A DNA stretch of 64,000 bases from Ostrea edulis. Lineage: Eukaryota. Where the stretch lies: positions 66,402,001-66,466,000 of the forward strand of contig NC_079171.1 in assembly GCF_947568905.1 (NCBI RefSeq), in the 5' to 3' direction. The position numbers and the translations under genes are program-made. This document shows positions 1 to 13,000 of this stretch, in pieces; the first letter of the stretch is position 1; every line of letters starts with the position of its first letter. The notes beneath the pieces were generated by a model. That model did no database searches. It worked only from the letters and a program-made list of their open reading frames with translations, and was not told the DNA's origin.

Positions 1-1772
1 TTCCACCATTACACAAGGTATACTAATTTCCGAGAAATATGCATACCTTTCTGCTGGGAATTAGTCATATTTTTTATGGGCGTTCATTAAAATATCAAAA
101 GCATCTGGCAATTATCCATGCTGTTATATTCCCTGTTCGGATTTTTGACGGCAGAGATGCACGTATATGAATTCAAATACATTCATTATGACATGTACTG
201 TTGTGATATAAAGTCACTAGTTAGAATAATCTAACTGTGTCTTGGGACAGGCCCTCGCCACACTTAAACCGGGTCAGTGGGACATTATCACTTTAACGAT
301 AGAACATCCTATGTAGTAAAGCGCTAACAACTGTACCTTCCCCTCATCCATAGACACCCAAATAGCACAGCATTTCGTGTCTATGTTAGCAGCAAGAATA
401 TCGTCAATTGTATGATAAATATGTATTTCTATGAATTCTTTTTTTCTGTGATGAAATACCATCTGTTTCGTCGACAACAACAATATAGGTTTCGTTACTC
501 TCACCAGTGGCTATATCTGTTTACATGGTTTTTAAAAAGATGAATTAAAGATATTTTGCAAAACAAAAAGTGATTACCAAATACAAATCAATAGGTTTGC
601 ATTTCACGATTTTCTTCGTAAATTTTGAATGCATTTTATTTTTATTTTCAGTTTGACATGTTGGGTAGAATCGGCGGGATTAAAAAAAAGTAGAAATGAG
701 CATTTTATTTTTTTTTTCGATTCCCCAGAAATTATGGTCCGCGGACCTTTAAACCAAGAAATAAAAAAAAAACTGTCACTAAAGACTTGTGGGTCTTTTT
801 TTTGTATTGCCACCCCATTGGTCTTGAACAAAAGTTTGGCAATATATTGAGGGAGCTCTCTATATTGAAAATCAATTATATTAACAATCTGAATATAGAT
901 TATGTACATGATACATGTAGTTGATAAAAATCTGACAGTTGATTAATACATGCCACTGGGGAGGAACTCTGAGTTTTATATTATTATTATTTATTTAGCA
1001 AATAATTATCATAAAAGTGGAAACCACTGGTATGTATCTCTGTACCTAAAATTGTGATTTCTCATATAAATATAAACAGGTTAAGGCAAAATATTATAGA
1101 TTTATATATAATAGCTAAAATATATGTATTATCATTATTTAGTTTGTTGACTTCTAAAAAGCTTAGTGCTTAAACATGTTGAAACATTCCTTTGATCTTT
1201 TGATTGGGCACGCAGCTATTTTTATAAAAATAATAAAGCTAAAAAGATACGAAAATCAAACTCATTTGAGTGTTTATCACTACAGCAAAAATCTGATGGA
1301 AAGCATTGACCATGATTGACACTTGGACGCAACAAATACAACTAGTCCAATAGCTGAAATATGATCATGCCTTGTATAAATTTATAAACTAAGTGATAGT
1401 AATAGGTTTCATTAAATTGGTTTCAAAATCCCACTTTGTTTTAAAAGCATATGAATACAACAATCTCCATTTCTCCATTTATATTTTGATATAACTTTTA
1501 TCACATCATCTTTGCTAGCCAAGGGTGACTATACTTGGTGTTTCTCGGGGTGAAAAGATAAATACTGTATATCGTCACTCTTCCCTAGCGAAGATGGTAT
1601 CACAAGTGGCAGTTAAATTTAATCCAACTAAAAGCAAAACTCTAATTTGGAAAGTATAAGATTCAATAGAACATTCATAGAGATGAACCAAAATGGGTAA
1701 AAACATTTTCATAGAAATAAAGATTTCAAAAAGATCGTTTAAAAATCACAACAGCTGAACAACAATATACCA

Positions 1773-1812
1773 AGGTGACTCAAGTGAATGATGTGGCCCA
1801 TGAACCTCTTGC
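1773..1812 (+). mobile_element. Probable 3' terminus remnant of a non-autonomous Helitron/Helentron-type oyster repeat
   Basis: GTGACTCAAGTGAATGATGTGGCCCATGAACCTCTTGCT resembles the recalled oyster terminal motif TCAGGTGAGCGATGTGGCCCATGGGCCTCTTGTT. Recalled similarity only. Confidence 0.4.
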
Positions 1813-4800
1813 TAGGGTTACTAGCCAGGCATGTTGTTTAAATATGAGGGACAGGGGTCAATTTACATGGACCTGTGTGCACTTGCGATGAGTTATATGA
1901 CTGATGTAATTGAAATAGCTTTAACTGTCATGCTTGTTAGTCGCCTCGCATAGCGAGCTACTCCTTGGCATGAGGTCTGTCCTGTGGAATCACCGGTTCA
2001 CTACCACCCTCATACGCAACTGAATATAGTTTGACTGGTAGTGTGTATTAATTGATTTATTAAATGAAATTATTGCTGCGCACATACAATTCTTAATGTT
2101 GTCAATGGGATTCACACATTGTTTGTGAAAGAATGTGCAAATAGTTTAGAATCAAGCACCGATAGCAGGTGTGCAACTGAATACAGTTTGGAGATGAGAC
2201 TGCAGATATGAAAGCAGACACTGCGTGTCATTCATTGAGTTTAAGATTTGTTAACATTATTAGTAAAGTTATGCATGAAATATTCAAGTTTTAGCCAAAC
2301 AATAATTATGAAAGACTTAAGAAGTCTATCGAAATGATTATATTTTCAATTGCACTTGAATATAAGGAGTGTTAGGGTTAGATGAATAACAACTTCAACT
2401 TGATATATTGCATTTAACTCTCCGTAAAAATAATTGATATGACAATTCTTGAAGTAATATTCTAACAGAATGTAAATGAATAAAAAAAACGAACCAGCTA
2501 ACCTCATTTACATATTCACGTGGTACATTTTCACGGGAATACTTCATGTAAACAAAACGAAGGAAGATGTGATCAAGATATTTGAAGACTTCAAGATAAT
2601 AATTTCTATCGGTACCTGTTACACATTGTTTCTGGACTGTAACTGTTTTGTCGTTGGCGATAGGGTTTTGATATTTGACATGTACCGATAAATGTGGATA
2701 TCATGGATAGTGACCTTTGATCTTGAATTTTGAGTCTTGCATGTGCATGTTTCACCATACTAATTAAAGCTCATAATATGGTGCTGTATACACCCTCCCT
2801 TGTTGGAAATCGTGGACGAGTCGACTCTGAGGCACTTCAGGCCTTTGATTTATGAAATTCTTTGAAACTCAACAAATATTAGTAATCAAGACAAGATAGC
2901 ATGGTTCTTTTCAGTTGGGGGTACATAACTCTTAATATTTTCCTTGTTTTTTTAACAAAATTATTTGAAATATTAAGTTATAGGTATTTATTATGAGGTT
3001 ATACAATATGATATATACAGAGATTCTGAAAAAAAACCCATACATACACATGTGCTGCAATTTGATTGACTGAAGTTTAAATTGGTTTGGGTTTGATTGG
3101 TGGTTTTTTTTGGGGGGGTTTGGGGGGGGGGGGGGGACAAGCAAACAAGACACGATTTAGAATATATCTTTAGTTATCAGGTAGTATATACTTTAACATA
3201 GTTAACTTTGTAATGGTATATTAATTTTGTTTATCTTACCTAAAAAAAAAATTCCAAAGCCAGTAAGTTAAAGGATAGTCCCTTAGAGAGATGCTTAAAA
3301 GAGGACAGTTAAGTCAGAGTTTTGTCAATTCATCATAGTCGGTATAACGTTGTTTTCAATATTTTGATATCTACAACTGACCAGGTGTAAAGGTGCACAT
3401 TTTCCATTTCTTGAATGGGAAAAGGAGTGGGTTCGATTCCTTCGGTCGGTATATACAATATATTTTGAAATCATAACATATACCGAAAATCCATTTTTGT
3501 ATTAGTACATGTAGTTGGGTCCTTGAATGAAAGGGGATGGGGTGATACCATATTTAAAAGTGTTTGTTTCTCCTCTCCCGACCCTAAATTTCAGAGGAGA
3601 GTTGGTAGGTTGGTAAAAGGTTTTTTTTAGCCAGCAGAATTGTATTTAGTATGAAATCCCAATGTCCATTAACAAAGCCCGATACCAAAACGTCATGAAA
3701 CACATCATTCCACGTTTCATCGTCAAACTCGTAAAGTCGATCCTTGCGTAAGGTTCCGCTTTGATTGCCACGTTTAGTAGTTAGAGGAAGGTGTTGATAC
3801 TTCGGACAGTACTCCAGGTAATTGAGAAATATTCATTATCTAACCACTTAACATAGACATATTGTACATGTATAACGGTTGATTCTACGAACACTCAGGT
3901 TTCATCGGATTTGTTCTGCTATTTATGCCACATATGAACAAATTAAGTCAGTTAGAATGGTGTAACTATGGACAATGATGTTATTTCCGACGCATGGTGT
4001 TATAACTTCAGACAGTTAGTAAATTCGGTTGCTGCTTATTCTGTGGTTCAGTGACATTGTATGCTTTTGTTTTTGCACATTATGTTAATTCAAATATGGT
4101 AGTGATTTCGAATTTGTTTAGAATTGTTTTATAGTAGGCTTATCGGTAGATCTAACTTTTACCAGAGAACGTTTCAGCAAGACTTGATTTTGCCGATCAA
4201 ACAAAATTGATGCTGACATATTTTACAAGGTCAGGTATTTAAATCAAACAATCAGATCTGGGTTACACATGCGCATATAATTATGTGTTTTCCAGTTTGT
4301 AAATGTATCAAGTTCGGAAATAAGTTTGAATTGAGAATACATGGATATAATACTTATTGACTGTTGAAAATATCACACCCGTCCAAAATATCAACACTAC
4401 CCCTACTGAAAAACACAGCTTGCACACCCGTATACCCCGAAGTCTCTTGTCTCTTCGTTCATCGTGTAGACAACAATTTATCGATCTCAATCTAGCAGAT
4501 CACCTCTATTCCTATTCTTTTTTAGATCGAAACAAAGGAAGATATAGAAAATACTGGTCATTATAAAATATTGATCTGTACCTGAAACAACCCTGAAATC
4601 CATGGATAAAAAAAAAACTTCACCAGAATGACGGAATTAAAACGTTTCGGTCGGTGCGACTTTCTAAGACTCGGTCGGGCAAAGGGAAACAAACACTATT
4701 TTTATTTTGGCCCGAAATAGAACACTTGCAATTCTAATTGTTTGTGAACAGTCAGAGGTATTTCCACTTTGTGTTGGTTTTTGGTGACCTTTTACCTTAA

Positions 4801-5536
4801 TCAATTCTTGAATGTAAACAACACTTATAAATAAAAGAAAAGAGAACAATTTAGAGTTAATTTGGGTATGACTAGTCAGTGGATGTTGTATAGTTTCATT
4901 TGGCAATATGAATTAGGTTAAAATTACAAGTATCAAATGGCGGATAATGCAAGCATTCGCTATCATGGAATTCAAATATATTCAATGCTGTTTATTTCTG
5001 TATTGATTTATGATGGTAGTTATTCTTCATTGATAAAGTGCCTTATGTAGAATTAAAACTGGTGAATATGAAATGTGGGGGAGTTTTGATTTCCTTGCAT
5101 GCGATTCTACTTTCAATTAAAAAATAGTACAGGATGCTGCAGATTTGTTTGTTGGCTTAGTTGAGTGTGTTTATGTATTGAGTGTCATTCATTGAGTTGA
5201 CTATGATTTTAAAAGAGGATGTGCAAAATCTGACAGGCAGTGTGTTCAGGATGACAATTGTGTACAATTTGCATACATTGAACATTGGTAATTGGTGTGT
5301 CTGTCTGTGTTTCATGTACTGTTGTAGGCAGCTGTTTTAAATCCTGGGTAAGCTTAACTGTGGTAAATGCATAGAGGAAAAGAACGAACTGTCTAGGAGA
5401 ATATGAAATGATATCAAGAACTTGTTTCTCAATTCTATACAAGAAAATAACAATTTAAGGACTAAACGTTTAGGTTAGTGATGTTAGTAACTTAGACAAT
5501 ATGAAGGGAGAAGTGTATATTTGTTAAGTTCTATAT

Positions 5537-5700
5537 TAGCCCAGCAGATTATGTCTATATATGGAAAAATCTTTCAGTTGGTGATGCAAGCATCAAACTT
5601 GGTACATATATTAACCAAACATAGTTGAATAAATAAAGCACGTTAGCCACCCGAAAAAAACAATATGGCGGCCATTTTTCAAGATGGCGGCGGCCTACAT
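5537..5700 (+). repeat. Left terminal inverted repeat of the Academ-type element
   Basis: Reverse-complement blocks match 8940-9097. Confidence 0.85.
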
Positions 5701-6420
5701 TAAGATATTGCATATTCCTTCCTCTATTGTTTGTTAAAAGTGACATTGTGTTTTTTATTTTCGGAATTCGTGCTTTTTTTTTTGTCTTCCAAACATGATG
5801 AGAGACATTTGTGAATCGTTACGTAATGAAATGCCGGCCATTTTTTTTCAAAATGGCGCCAAAGCATTATGTAAGTGTTCAGTACCCAATAATTTGTTTT
5901 GTGCTATTGTTTTTAATTGAGTAAAACACCGCTTATTCATTATTGAAGGAGTATTTTATACGGTTTTAATCTTCAAGAGATATTTATTTAAAAGAGTGAC
6001 AGTCGAAGCACAACCAGGGCACTCTGCTGACGTCACTGCTGTGTAACTCAGCATGTGGTCCAACATTAGCTTTACTATTAAGTATTCTTTTATAAAGGTA
6101 GTAAATAGTATTAGTAAGATAGCCGCACCTGAATAGACAGGATGTGCCAGCGCAGGAAAGCCAAGCCAAGGGTAATAGGACAATTGTTACCTGAATGGTG
6201 TACATATCTTACGGGTCTTAAACAATGCTGGATGAACGATCGGGCTAGATGTAGGGGTAAATTTACCATGAACCTAGTTGAATCCCATATTTCAATGTGC
6301 TTTGGATAATTTAAGGTGGTAAAAGGATATGCCCTCGGCCTTAAACATTGTCAGTTTCTAGATTATAAAACGTTAGTTGCAATATATACGCTGATACATC
6401 TATGACCTTTTGTTTGAAAA

Positions 6421-8818
6421 ATGGCAAATGTGAGACCATTGTCATCAAACTTGGAGACAGACTGGGGTAAATGTTGTCTCTGTCAGATTGATAAAGATGA
6501 AGATCTTAAATCTCCTTCAACCCGTTACGAAACGGACAGGTAATGATGGGTTCGTTATGATTGCAAGAAATATTCCTATCTTCCATGCGATTCATCAGAT
6601 GCCAATCAAACTAAACCCGAATCGGTTAGATCAAGGTGGTGGAATAGAGGAAACACTAAGGGAAAACAATGCTAAATATCATCAAAGCTGTAGACTTTCA
6701 TTTAGCAATAATAAGCTTGAAAGGGCACGCAAACGATCTGCTACAAATATGTCTGATGATGCCCATAGTGTACCTACAAAAAGTAGACGGAGCTCTCTTG
6801 AAGATAAAGTATGTTTCTTGTGTGAAAAAGATGCTCCAAAATCTTAATTTCGTCATGCTATGACGATGGTAAATATCATCGATTAAATGAATGTGCCAGA
6901 AATTTGAATAACGTTAGATTGATGAACAGATTAAGTGGTGGGGATATAGTTGCTCAAGAACTAAAATATCATCGCTCTTGTCTCACAACCTTTTACAACA
7001 GGGAGAGAGCTCGTTTTGCAAGTCAAAGTAGTGCGGAAAAAATGGCAACAAGAGAGAAGGAGGCCCATCCTATCGTCTTTTCAGTGCTTCTTGTCTACAT
7101 TGTTGAGTCGAAAATAGGTACTGACGGTCCGATGGTTTTTCGCTTGGCTGACCTTGTGAGCCTCTATAATCAAGGTTTGATACAATCGGGAGTAGAAGCG
7201 CCACGTATAAAATCCACGAGACTTAAAGACAAGTTGTAGGAAGAGATCTCTGGACTAGAAGCTCACAAAAAAGGTAGGGATATGTTATTAGCCTACAAGG
7301 AAGACGTCGGCGAAGCATTATCACAGGCGATGGACTATTCGGAGGCACTGATATTAGCGAACGCAGCAAAGATATTGCGTAAACGTATACTGGAACAGAA
7401 AATGCCTTTCAAGGATCTTTCCATGACAGTTGTATTGAAGATTCAATGCCATCTCTTTTTGTACAGTTTGTTTGCATGATTGAGCATGGTGCTGATATAA
7501 AATCTCAGCTAAGATTTGGTGCTTCGAAAACGGACTTAGCAATGGCACAGCTGCTTCAGTACAACTGTTACGCAAAATACAAAGAAGAGTCAAAACCTTT
7601 CAGGCATTCTAAAGACCGTGAGACGCCATTTCCTGTATTTATCGGTATGTCAACTTATTCAAAAACCAGGAAAAAGACATTAGATGAAATGTTTCATGAT
7701 CGCGGTCTTAGCGTCTCTTATGATAGGGTGCTTGAAATATCTGCTCAACTAAGGGATGCAACGGTCTCCAAATTCTATACGGAAGGTGTTGTTTGTCCAT
7801 CAAATCTTAGAAAGAATATTTTCACTACTGCTGCTATGGATAATATTGACCACAATCCATCTTCAACGTCTGCATCAACATCATTTCATGGAACTAGTAT
7901 ATCCATCTTTCAGCATCTAACATCGGATAACAAAGGTGAGGTGCGGGAGAAATTACCAGTAAATTCGAAATCTAAAATGGTTCCAGAACTACCGGACTCA
8001 TTTACCAACATACAATCAGTTTTTTTCTCTGATAAACACCCTAAGCCTTCGAGAGTTGATAGTCCTGTTATAGTTCCAAGTTTACAGCTTCAGCCAGAAT
8101 ATGAATGGTTACAAAAGGTCAGTCTCATTGAATCCGTAAACGAGCATGAAATCAATGTAACATGGTTATCACATTTTGCATCTTAAGGTAGAAGCCCACC
8201 TTTTGAAGTTAGTATAACATCTTTGTTACCATTACTCCGGGACCAAGCACACTCAGTTGCAACAATCAGACATATAATGGATAAAATTAGTGATATTGTT
8301 GCTATTTTGAATCCTGGTCAGGTCCCAGTGATTGCTGCTGATCAGCCTATCTATGCAACAGCCAAATAAATTCAATGACACAGGCCAGAACGTTATGGTG
8401 AAGACAAGTTTATCATGATGTTTGGAGGGTTGCATATTGAGATGTCAGCTTTTAAATCAAACCATTCACTCTTGCAGGATAGTGGTTGGACTGGTGCTCT
8501 TGTAGAGTCTGGGGTAACAACGCCTGGTACAGCTGAATCATTTTTATCTGCTTCCAGTGTTACTCGAACACGCCAAATACACCAGGTAACATCATGCTGT
8601 TTATTTAAACTTATAATAAATGAGGCCTATGAAAATTATACCAGAGGGAAATGAGAGCAGTCTTTCCAAAGATGACTGGGTGAAGAAACGTGAAGCGGAA
8701 AGTCCACAGTTTCAGTTTTGGAATTTGATCCTTTGTATGGAGTTGGCTATATTTTTGCTGATTCGTTCTTTTCGAGAGGCAGACTGTTTGCTTTACCTAC
8801 AGTCTCTGCAAGGAGAGT
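6421..8818 (+). pseudogene. Academ-like DDE transposase pseudogene (frameshifts, stops, C-terminus deleted)
   Basis: ORF pieces 6488, 6904, 7282, 7446, 8415 and 8620 are collinear. Motifs: N-terminal DWGKCCLCQ, KYHQSC, KYHRSC, AAMDNIDH, DQPIYA and MFGGLHIEM (GxxH). About 800 codons, stopping abruptly before the right TIR. Confidence 0.75.
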
Positions 8819-8939
8819 AAGGTGTAATTGTATATAGGATATTTAGTACTGCCTGTTTGTAGTTTTGGTGTCCAGTTGTACGCATTTTTACATCAAATGT
8901 GCGATTTTCAGTTGCACCTTCAGTATTTCCAATTCACGA

Positions 8940-9097
8940 ATACGGTATGGCCGCCATCTTGAAAAATTATGGCCGCGATTTCTAGATATTTGGTGGCTAA
9001 CGTGCTTTTTTGATAAAATAGTATCAAAGGATGTTTCATACCAAATTTCATGCTTGCATCACCTACTGAAAGATTGTTAGGGTTATCTGCTTAGCTA
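8940..9097 (-). repeat. Right terminal inverted repeat of the Academ-type element
   Basis: Reverse-complement blocks match 5537-5700. Confidence 0.85.
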
Positions 9098-10167
9098 TAT
9101 ATATACATAACTTTTCATGCACACCAATAGTTTCTCTTGGACTCAGAACTTCTTTTGTATACATTATGAATAAAATCTACTCTCACAATTTGGCCCACAT
9201 AGTTTCATCAAACCCCTGCAAGAAGACGGGGAAATGAGATATTTGTTATTAGAATGTGCATTGTGTAAAAAATGTTGATATACAGATCAATATATATTAC
9301 AAATAATTGGGATGCTATTATGAAGGTTACCTATTTGTATGAGTTACTAAAAAATAAATCATATATATTTAAGAATATATATGAATTACAGATACATTAA
9401 TATATCAAACTTAAAGATCTCTCAAAAGTGGTAGAATGAAGTTTTATGAAAATTCACCAAAATACAATCCATAATACAAGTTTTATGAATATTCAAATAA
9501 ATGATTATATTAAAACAGAGATTGAAATTTGTCAAAATGAGGAAAATACATAAATCATGTTGGTTTCAGATATTTTGGTGTACTAACATAATTTTTTTTT
9601 TACCTTGACTGAGGTTGAGGCTCAACAAAGGCTTATATTAATATTAATAACGTTTAATATTTGTCTTAGTTGTCAATTTTTTTTCCAGATTTTATCTTTT
9701 TAATTAATTAAAGAATTAGATCTGTAAATTGTGAGGGAAAAGATATTGTCGATATATTTCGACAAAAAATATCTATTATGTATATAATAACATTTATGGC
9801 GAAACTTTTTCCTTATATTATTTATATTAGTTAGTACCGGGTAACCCGTATTGTACCTCTGAACATTAAACCCCGTCGGGAACCCCTATTCAACATTAGC
9901 ACAGTTTGTATCTGAACCAATGAAAACTTGTGTATATATCACGTGTCTACTTCTGTTAGAAAGTTTTGATTGTTTGGACTTGTAGAAAGCGTGTTGAAAT
10001 TTGAGAAATCCAGTAATTTTTATAGTTTCTGCATTGGAGATTTGCACTAAGTGTAAGTGACTTGCAGTTTTGTTTTGTTAACTAGTACATGTTAACATCC
10101 TCGTGGGTTGAATCATTGGTACAGTAACTTTGTGCACTCGTTCAGCAGACGCGTCGCGTCAGTGACG

Positions 10168-10764
10168 ATGGCGGATTAAACGTGCAAGGCGATAGTGATA
10201 GGACATTCATATGTGCGCCGTTTGGATGTTTATTTGCAACGTCACAACATAATGAACTTACGTTTGGACAACGAAAAATTCCAAGTTTCATTACGGGGAA
10301 AGGGAGGTTTATGTCTTAGACATATTCGTTTCAATGCAAAAATTCTGCACTTTGACACAACCCCCGATATATGTTTCATGCAGATCGGTGAAAATGACAT
10401 ATCGCCCCGTAGCGAACCAGGGAAAATCTCAGAGGACATTTTTTCGCAGACTTGTTATCTGCGCGACGGAGTTGGCGTAAAAAAAGTTATCGTTTGCCAG
10501 TTGTTGCGTCGGCTGCCATATGCGTCCTGTCCACGGTTTAACGAGATGGTACAGTCAGTGAACCAATTGCTGAAAGAAAAGTTATCGGACGTACAAGGGA
10601 TTGTGTTTTGGCCACACCGTGGATTCTGGGAGTCACTGTCATACATCTGCCCAGATGGAGTACACCTGCTATGTACTCAAGCCAATGATCAGCCCATGAG
10701 GAAGTTTCTGTGGAGTATAAGCAACGCTATAATTATTAACGCCAAAGATCTCAGGTCAGTATAA
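10168..10764 (+). pseudogene. SGNH/GDSL hydrolase (esterase) ORF
   Basis: Block I IGHSYVRR, block III IGENDI and block V PDGVH are present. The in-frame ATG at 10168 is followed by TAA at 10177; the frame is open from there to 10764. Confidence 0.8.
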
Positions 10765-10874
10765 ACACATCAAAAATTAAATGCAAACTTGAATTATTTT
10801 AGGCCTTGCCTATGTAGGCCATGGTTGTTATTGGTGTTTGAAACACTTTAAAAAAGCATTCTTCAATATCTTCA

Positions 10875-11390
10875 AAGAAACATTGGGTATAATGTTTATT
10901 TAAATAATTACAAAGAAGCAGTCGGTATACTGTTTCATTATTATTAGCAACATTCAGTATAATGTTTACATATTACCAAGAAGCATTCACTATAATGTTT
11001 CATTATTGCAAGAAAACATTCAGTATAATGTTTTCAGAATTACCAAGAAGCATTCAGTATAAGGTTTACATAATTATCAGGAAGCATTCAATATAATGTT
11101 TCATTATTGCAAGGAAACATTCAGTATAATGTTTACATAATTACCAAGAAGCATTTAGTATAATGTTTCATTATTGCAAGGAAACATTCAGTATAATGTT
11201 TACATAATTACCAAGAAGCATTCAGTATAATGTTTGCATAATTACCAGGAAGCATTCAGTATAATGGTTCATTATTGCAAGGAAACATTCAGTATAATGT
11301 TTACATACTTACCCAGACACATTCAGTATAATGTTTACATAATTACCAGGAAGCATTCAGTATAATGTGTCATTATTGCACGGAAACATT
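10875..11390 (+). repeat. Minisatellite of ~15-16 monomers of 32-35 bp with two monomer types
   Basis: The core AAGAAGCATTCAGTATAATGTTT is followed by either CATTATTGC or ACATAATTACC. Confidence 0.95.
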
Positions 11391-11984
11391 TAGAGTGTGG
11401 TTGCAGAGTTATATAGATATAAACTATATATCTGTCTATATTTTAAAGTAGCAGCAGGGCAGAGTGCAAGGCCTGTGCTATAGAGATATATAAAATGCAA
11501 TTTCTATTACACTGAGAGGCATTTTAGTATGATATTCCATTGTTATCAATCAACATGAGTATGATTTAAAATTAGGGAAAGGTTAACGGTATGACGCTAC
11601 TATTACTACATATTTCCCCTGACACCTACTTAAGGTACTATATTTATATTCTTTGATAACTAAAAACAGCCTCCAGATTTGACATTTAGTTTCTTTCTAT
11701 CAAGTTATATTATATTATCTATATATTAGTGTGCCTAGAGATGTTCTTTGGGTTATTGAATTTCTGTCAAATTCAGTTATCATAGCCCTTGTTGCGATGT
11801 ACAAGTCTATTTTATTATACAGGCGAACTGTTTATATCTATACTGGATGTCATGTGGTATACTGTTTGGTGTTTACAGTAGTATTAGTTTGCCAACTGTC
11901 TCACTCATCAAGTTTGTTGGAAGTTGACATGCCCCTTTTTCCTTGATGCCCAGATTTACTGTTGTTAATTATGTTTTAGCAAAC

Positions 11985-13000
11985 ATGCCAAAGGGCAAAG
12001 CCACTTCAAGGAAGCGACCAGCTTCACCCCGGCCCGCTCCAAAGAAGTCCAGTCGTCACAGTGTAGCACCACACAACCCGTCTGTGGAACAAGAGCCTGC
12101 ATAGTTGACACCCACCATAGACTATGAAAAACTGGCGAGACACATCGTCCAGGAGCAAGCACGGGCCCAAAATGCAAACGTTCCCCCAGAACAGACGTCT
12201 CCCAATGCACGGCACCAAATGGATGGGACTTGCTAGGACATACCCACCACTTCCAACCAAGCCATTTCGAGTGACAATGTCACCACCATCCTTGACGCAG
12301 TATTTCAGGGTGAGTCGGCACGCAATCTCACACCCATTACAATCAGTGATAACATACCCTTAGGGGCTACAGTCCCTATGAAAACCAAGTGCAAAATCTG
12401 GTCCAATGAATTTATTGACCTCAGAACACTACTGCCTAATTATACAGATGGTCCCCTTTCAATCACCATACAGGCAGGGAAAATTGATGTAGAGCAGAGC
12501 CAAAAACAAAAGTATCCGCTCTCCATCAACCAGTGGATTGATGCTTTTATAACATTTATGTCCATATACCTTCAGAGATATCCAGCGGAGGCATGCAATC
12601 TCCTAAAGTACTGTGCATACATCAGGGAGATTAACAGATTGCATGTTGACGAGGCATGGCGGGGATATGATGAAACTTTTCGCAAGTTAAGAGAATCCTC
12701 CTTACTTCCATGGCAGCAGCCAGTACCGGAACTGAGGTTGCGGGTTGCTGCCATGGGACCAAAATTCTCAGATAAGTCCCATCCCCCATATGCTAAGAAG
12801 TCTAATTTTCGTCCCCAAAAGGTGTGTTTCGCCTACAACCGGGGTGATAAATGTTCAGTCTTCCCATGTAAATATGTCCATGTGTGTCAGAATGTGGCAA
12901 TAGACATCCCAGAACAAAGTGTTTTGCTAAACCCAAGCCCCAGCCACACCAACCATCCCGTACCTCTTCCAATCCCAGTAAAACCAGCAATACTACGTAA
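11985..13000 (+). pseudogene. gag-like ORF1 of the YR retrotransposon
   Basis: ATG at 11985 (MPKGKATSRKRP) is in frame with ORF 12378, with two internal TAG codons. Motifs PLGATV..KIWSNEFIDL and zinc finger CFAYNRGDKCSVFPCKYVHVC. A 1-nt deletion near 12890 shifts the tail CGNRHPRTKC..., which ends at TAA 12998-13000. Confidence 0.75.

Larger units (their letters stand above)
5537..9097 (+). mobile_element. Academ-type DNA transposon, internally deleted and decayed
   Basis: Starts TAGCCCAGCAGAT and ends ATCTGCTTAGCTA (inverted). Both ends are flanked by TAT (5534-5536, 9098-9100). Imperfect inverted repeats extend ~160 bp (e.g. GGTGATGCAAGCAT, AAAGCACGTTAGCCACC, AAGATGGCGGC). It encloses a fragmented transposase-like ORF. 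Confidence 0.8.

Noticed and set aside
736-747. Perfect 12-bp palindrome GGTCCGCGGACC
   Set aside because: Isolated and short, with no supporting context.
3428-3442. GGGTTCGATTCC B-box as a tRNA gene
   Set aside because: No cloverleaf or A-box. At most a SINE-head remnant.
10875-11390. Repeat arrays as CRISPR (also 16566-16795 and 21911-22104)
   Set aside because: There are no unique spacers or cas genes, and the context is eukaryotic. They are minisatellites.
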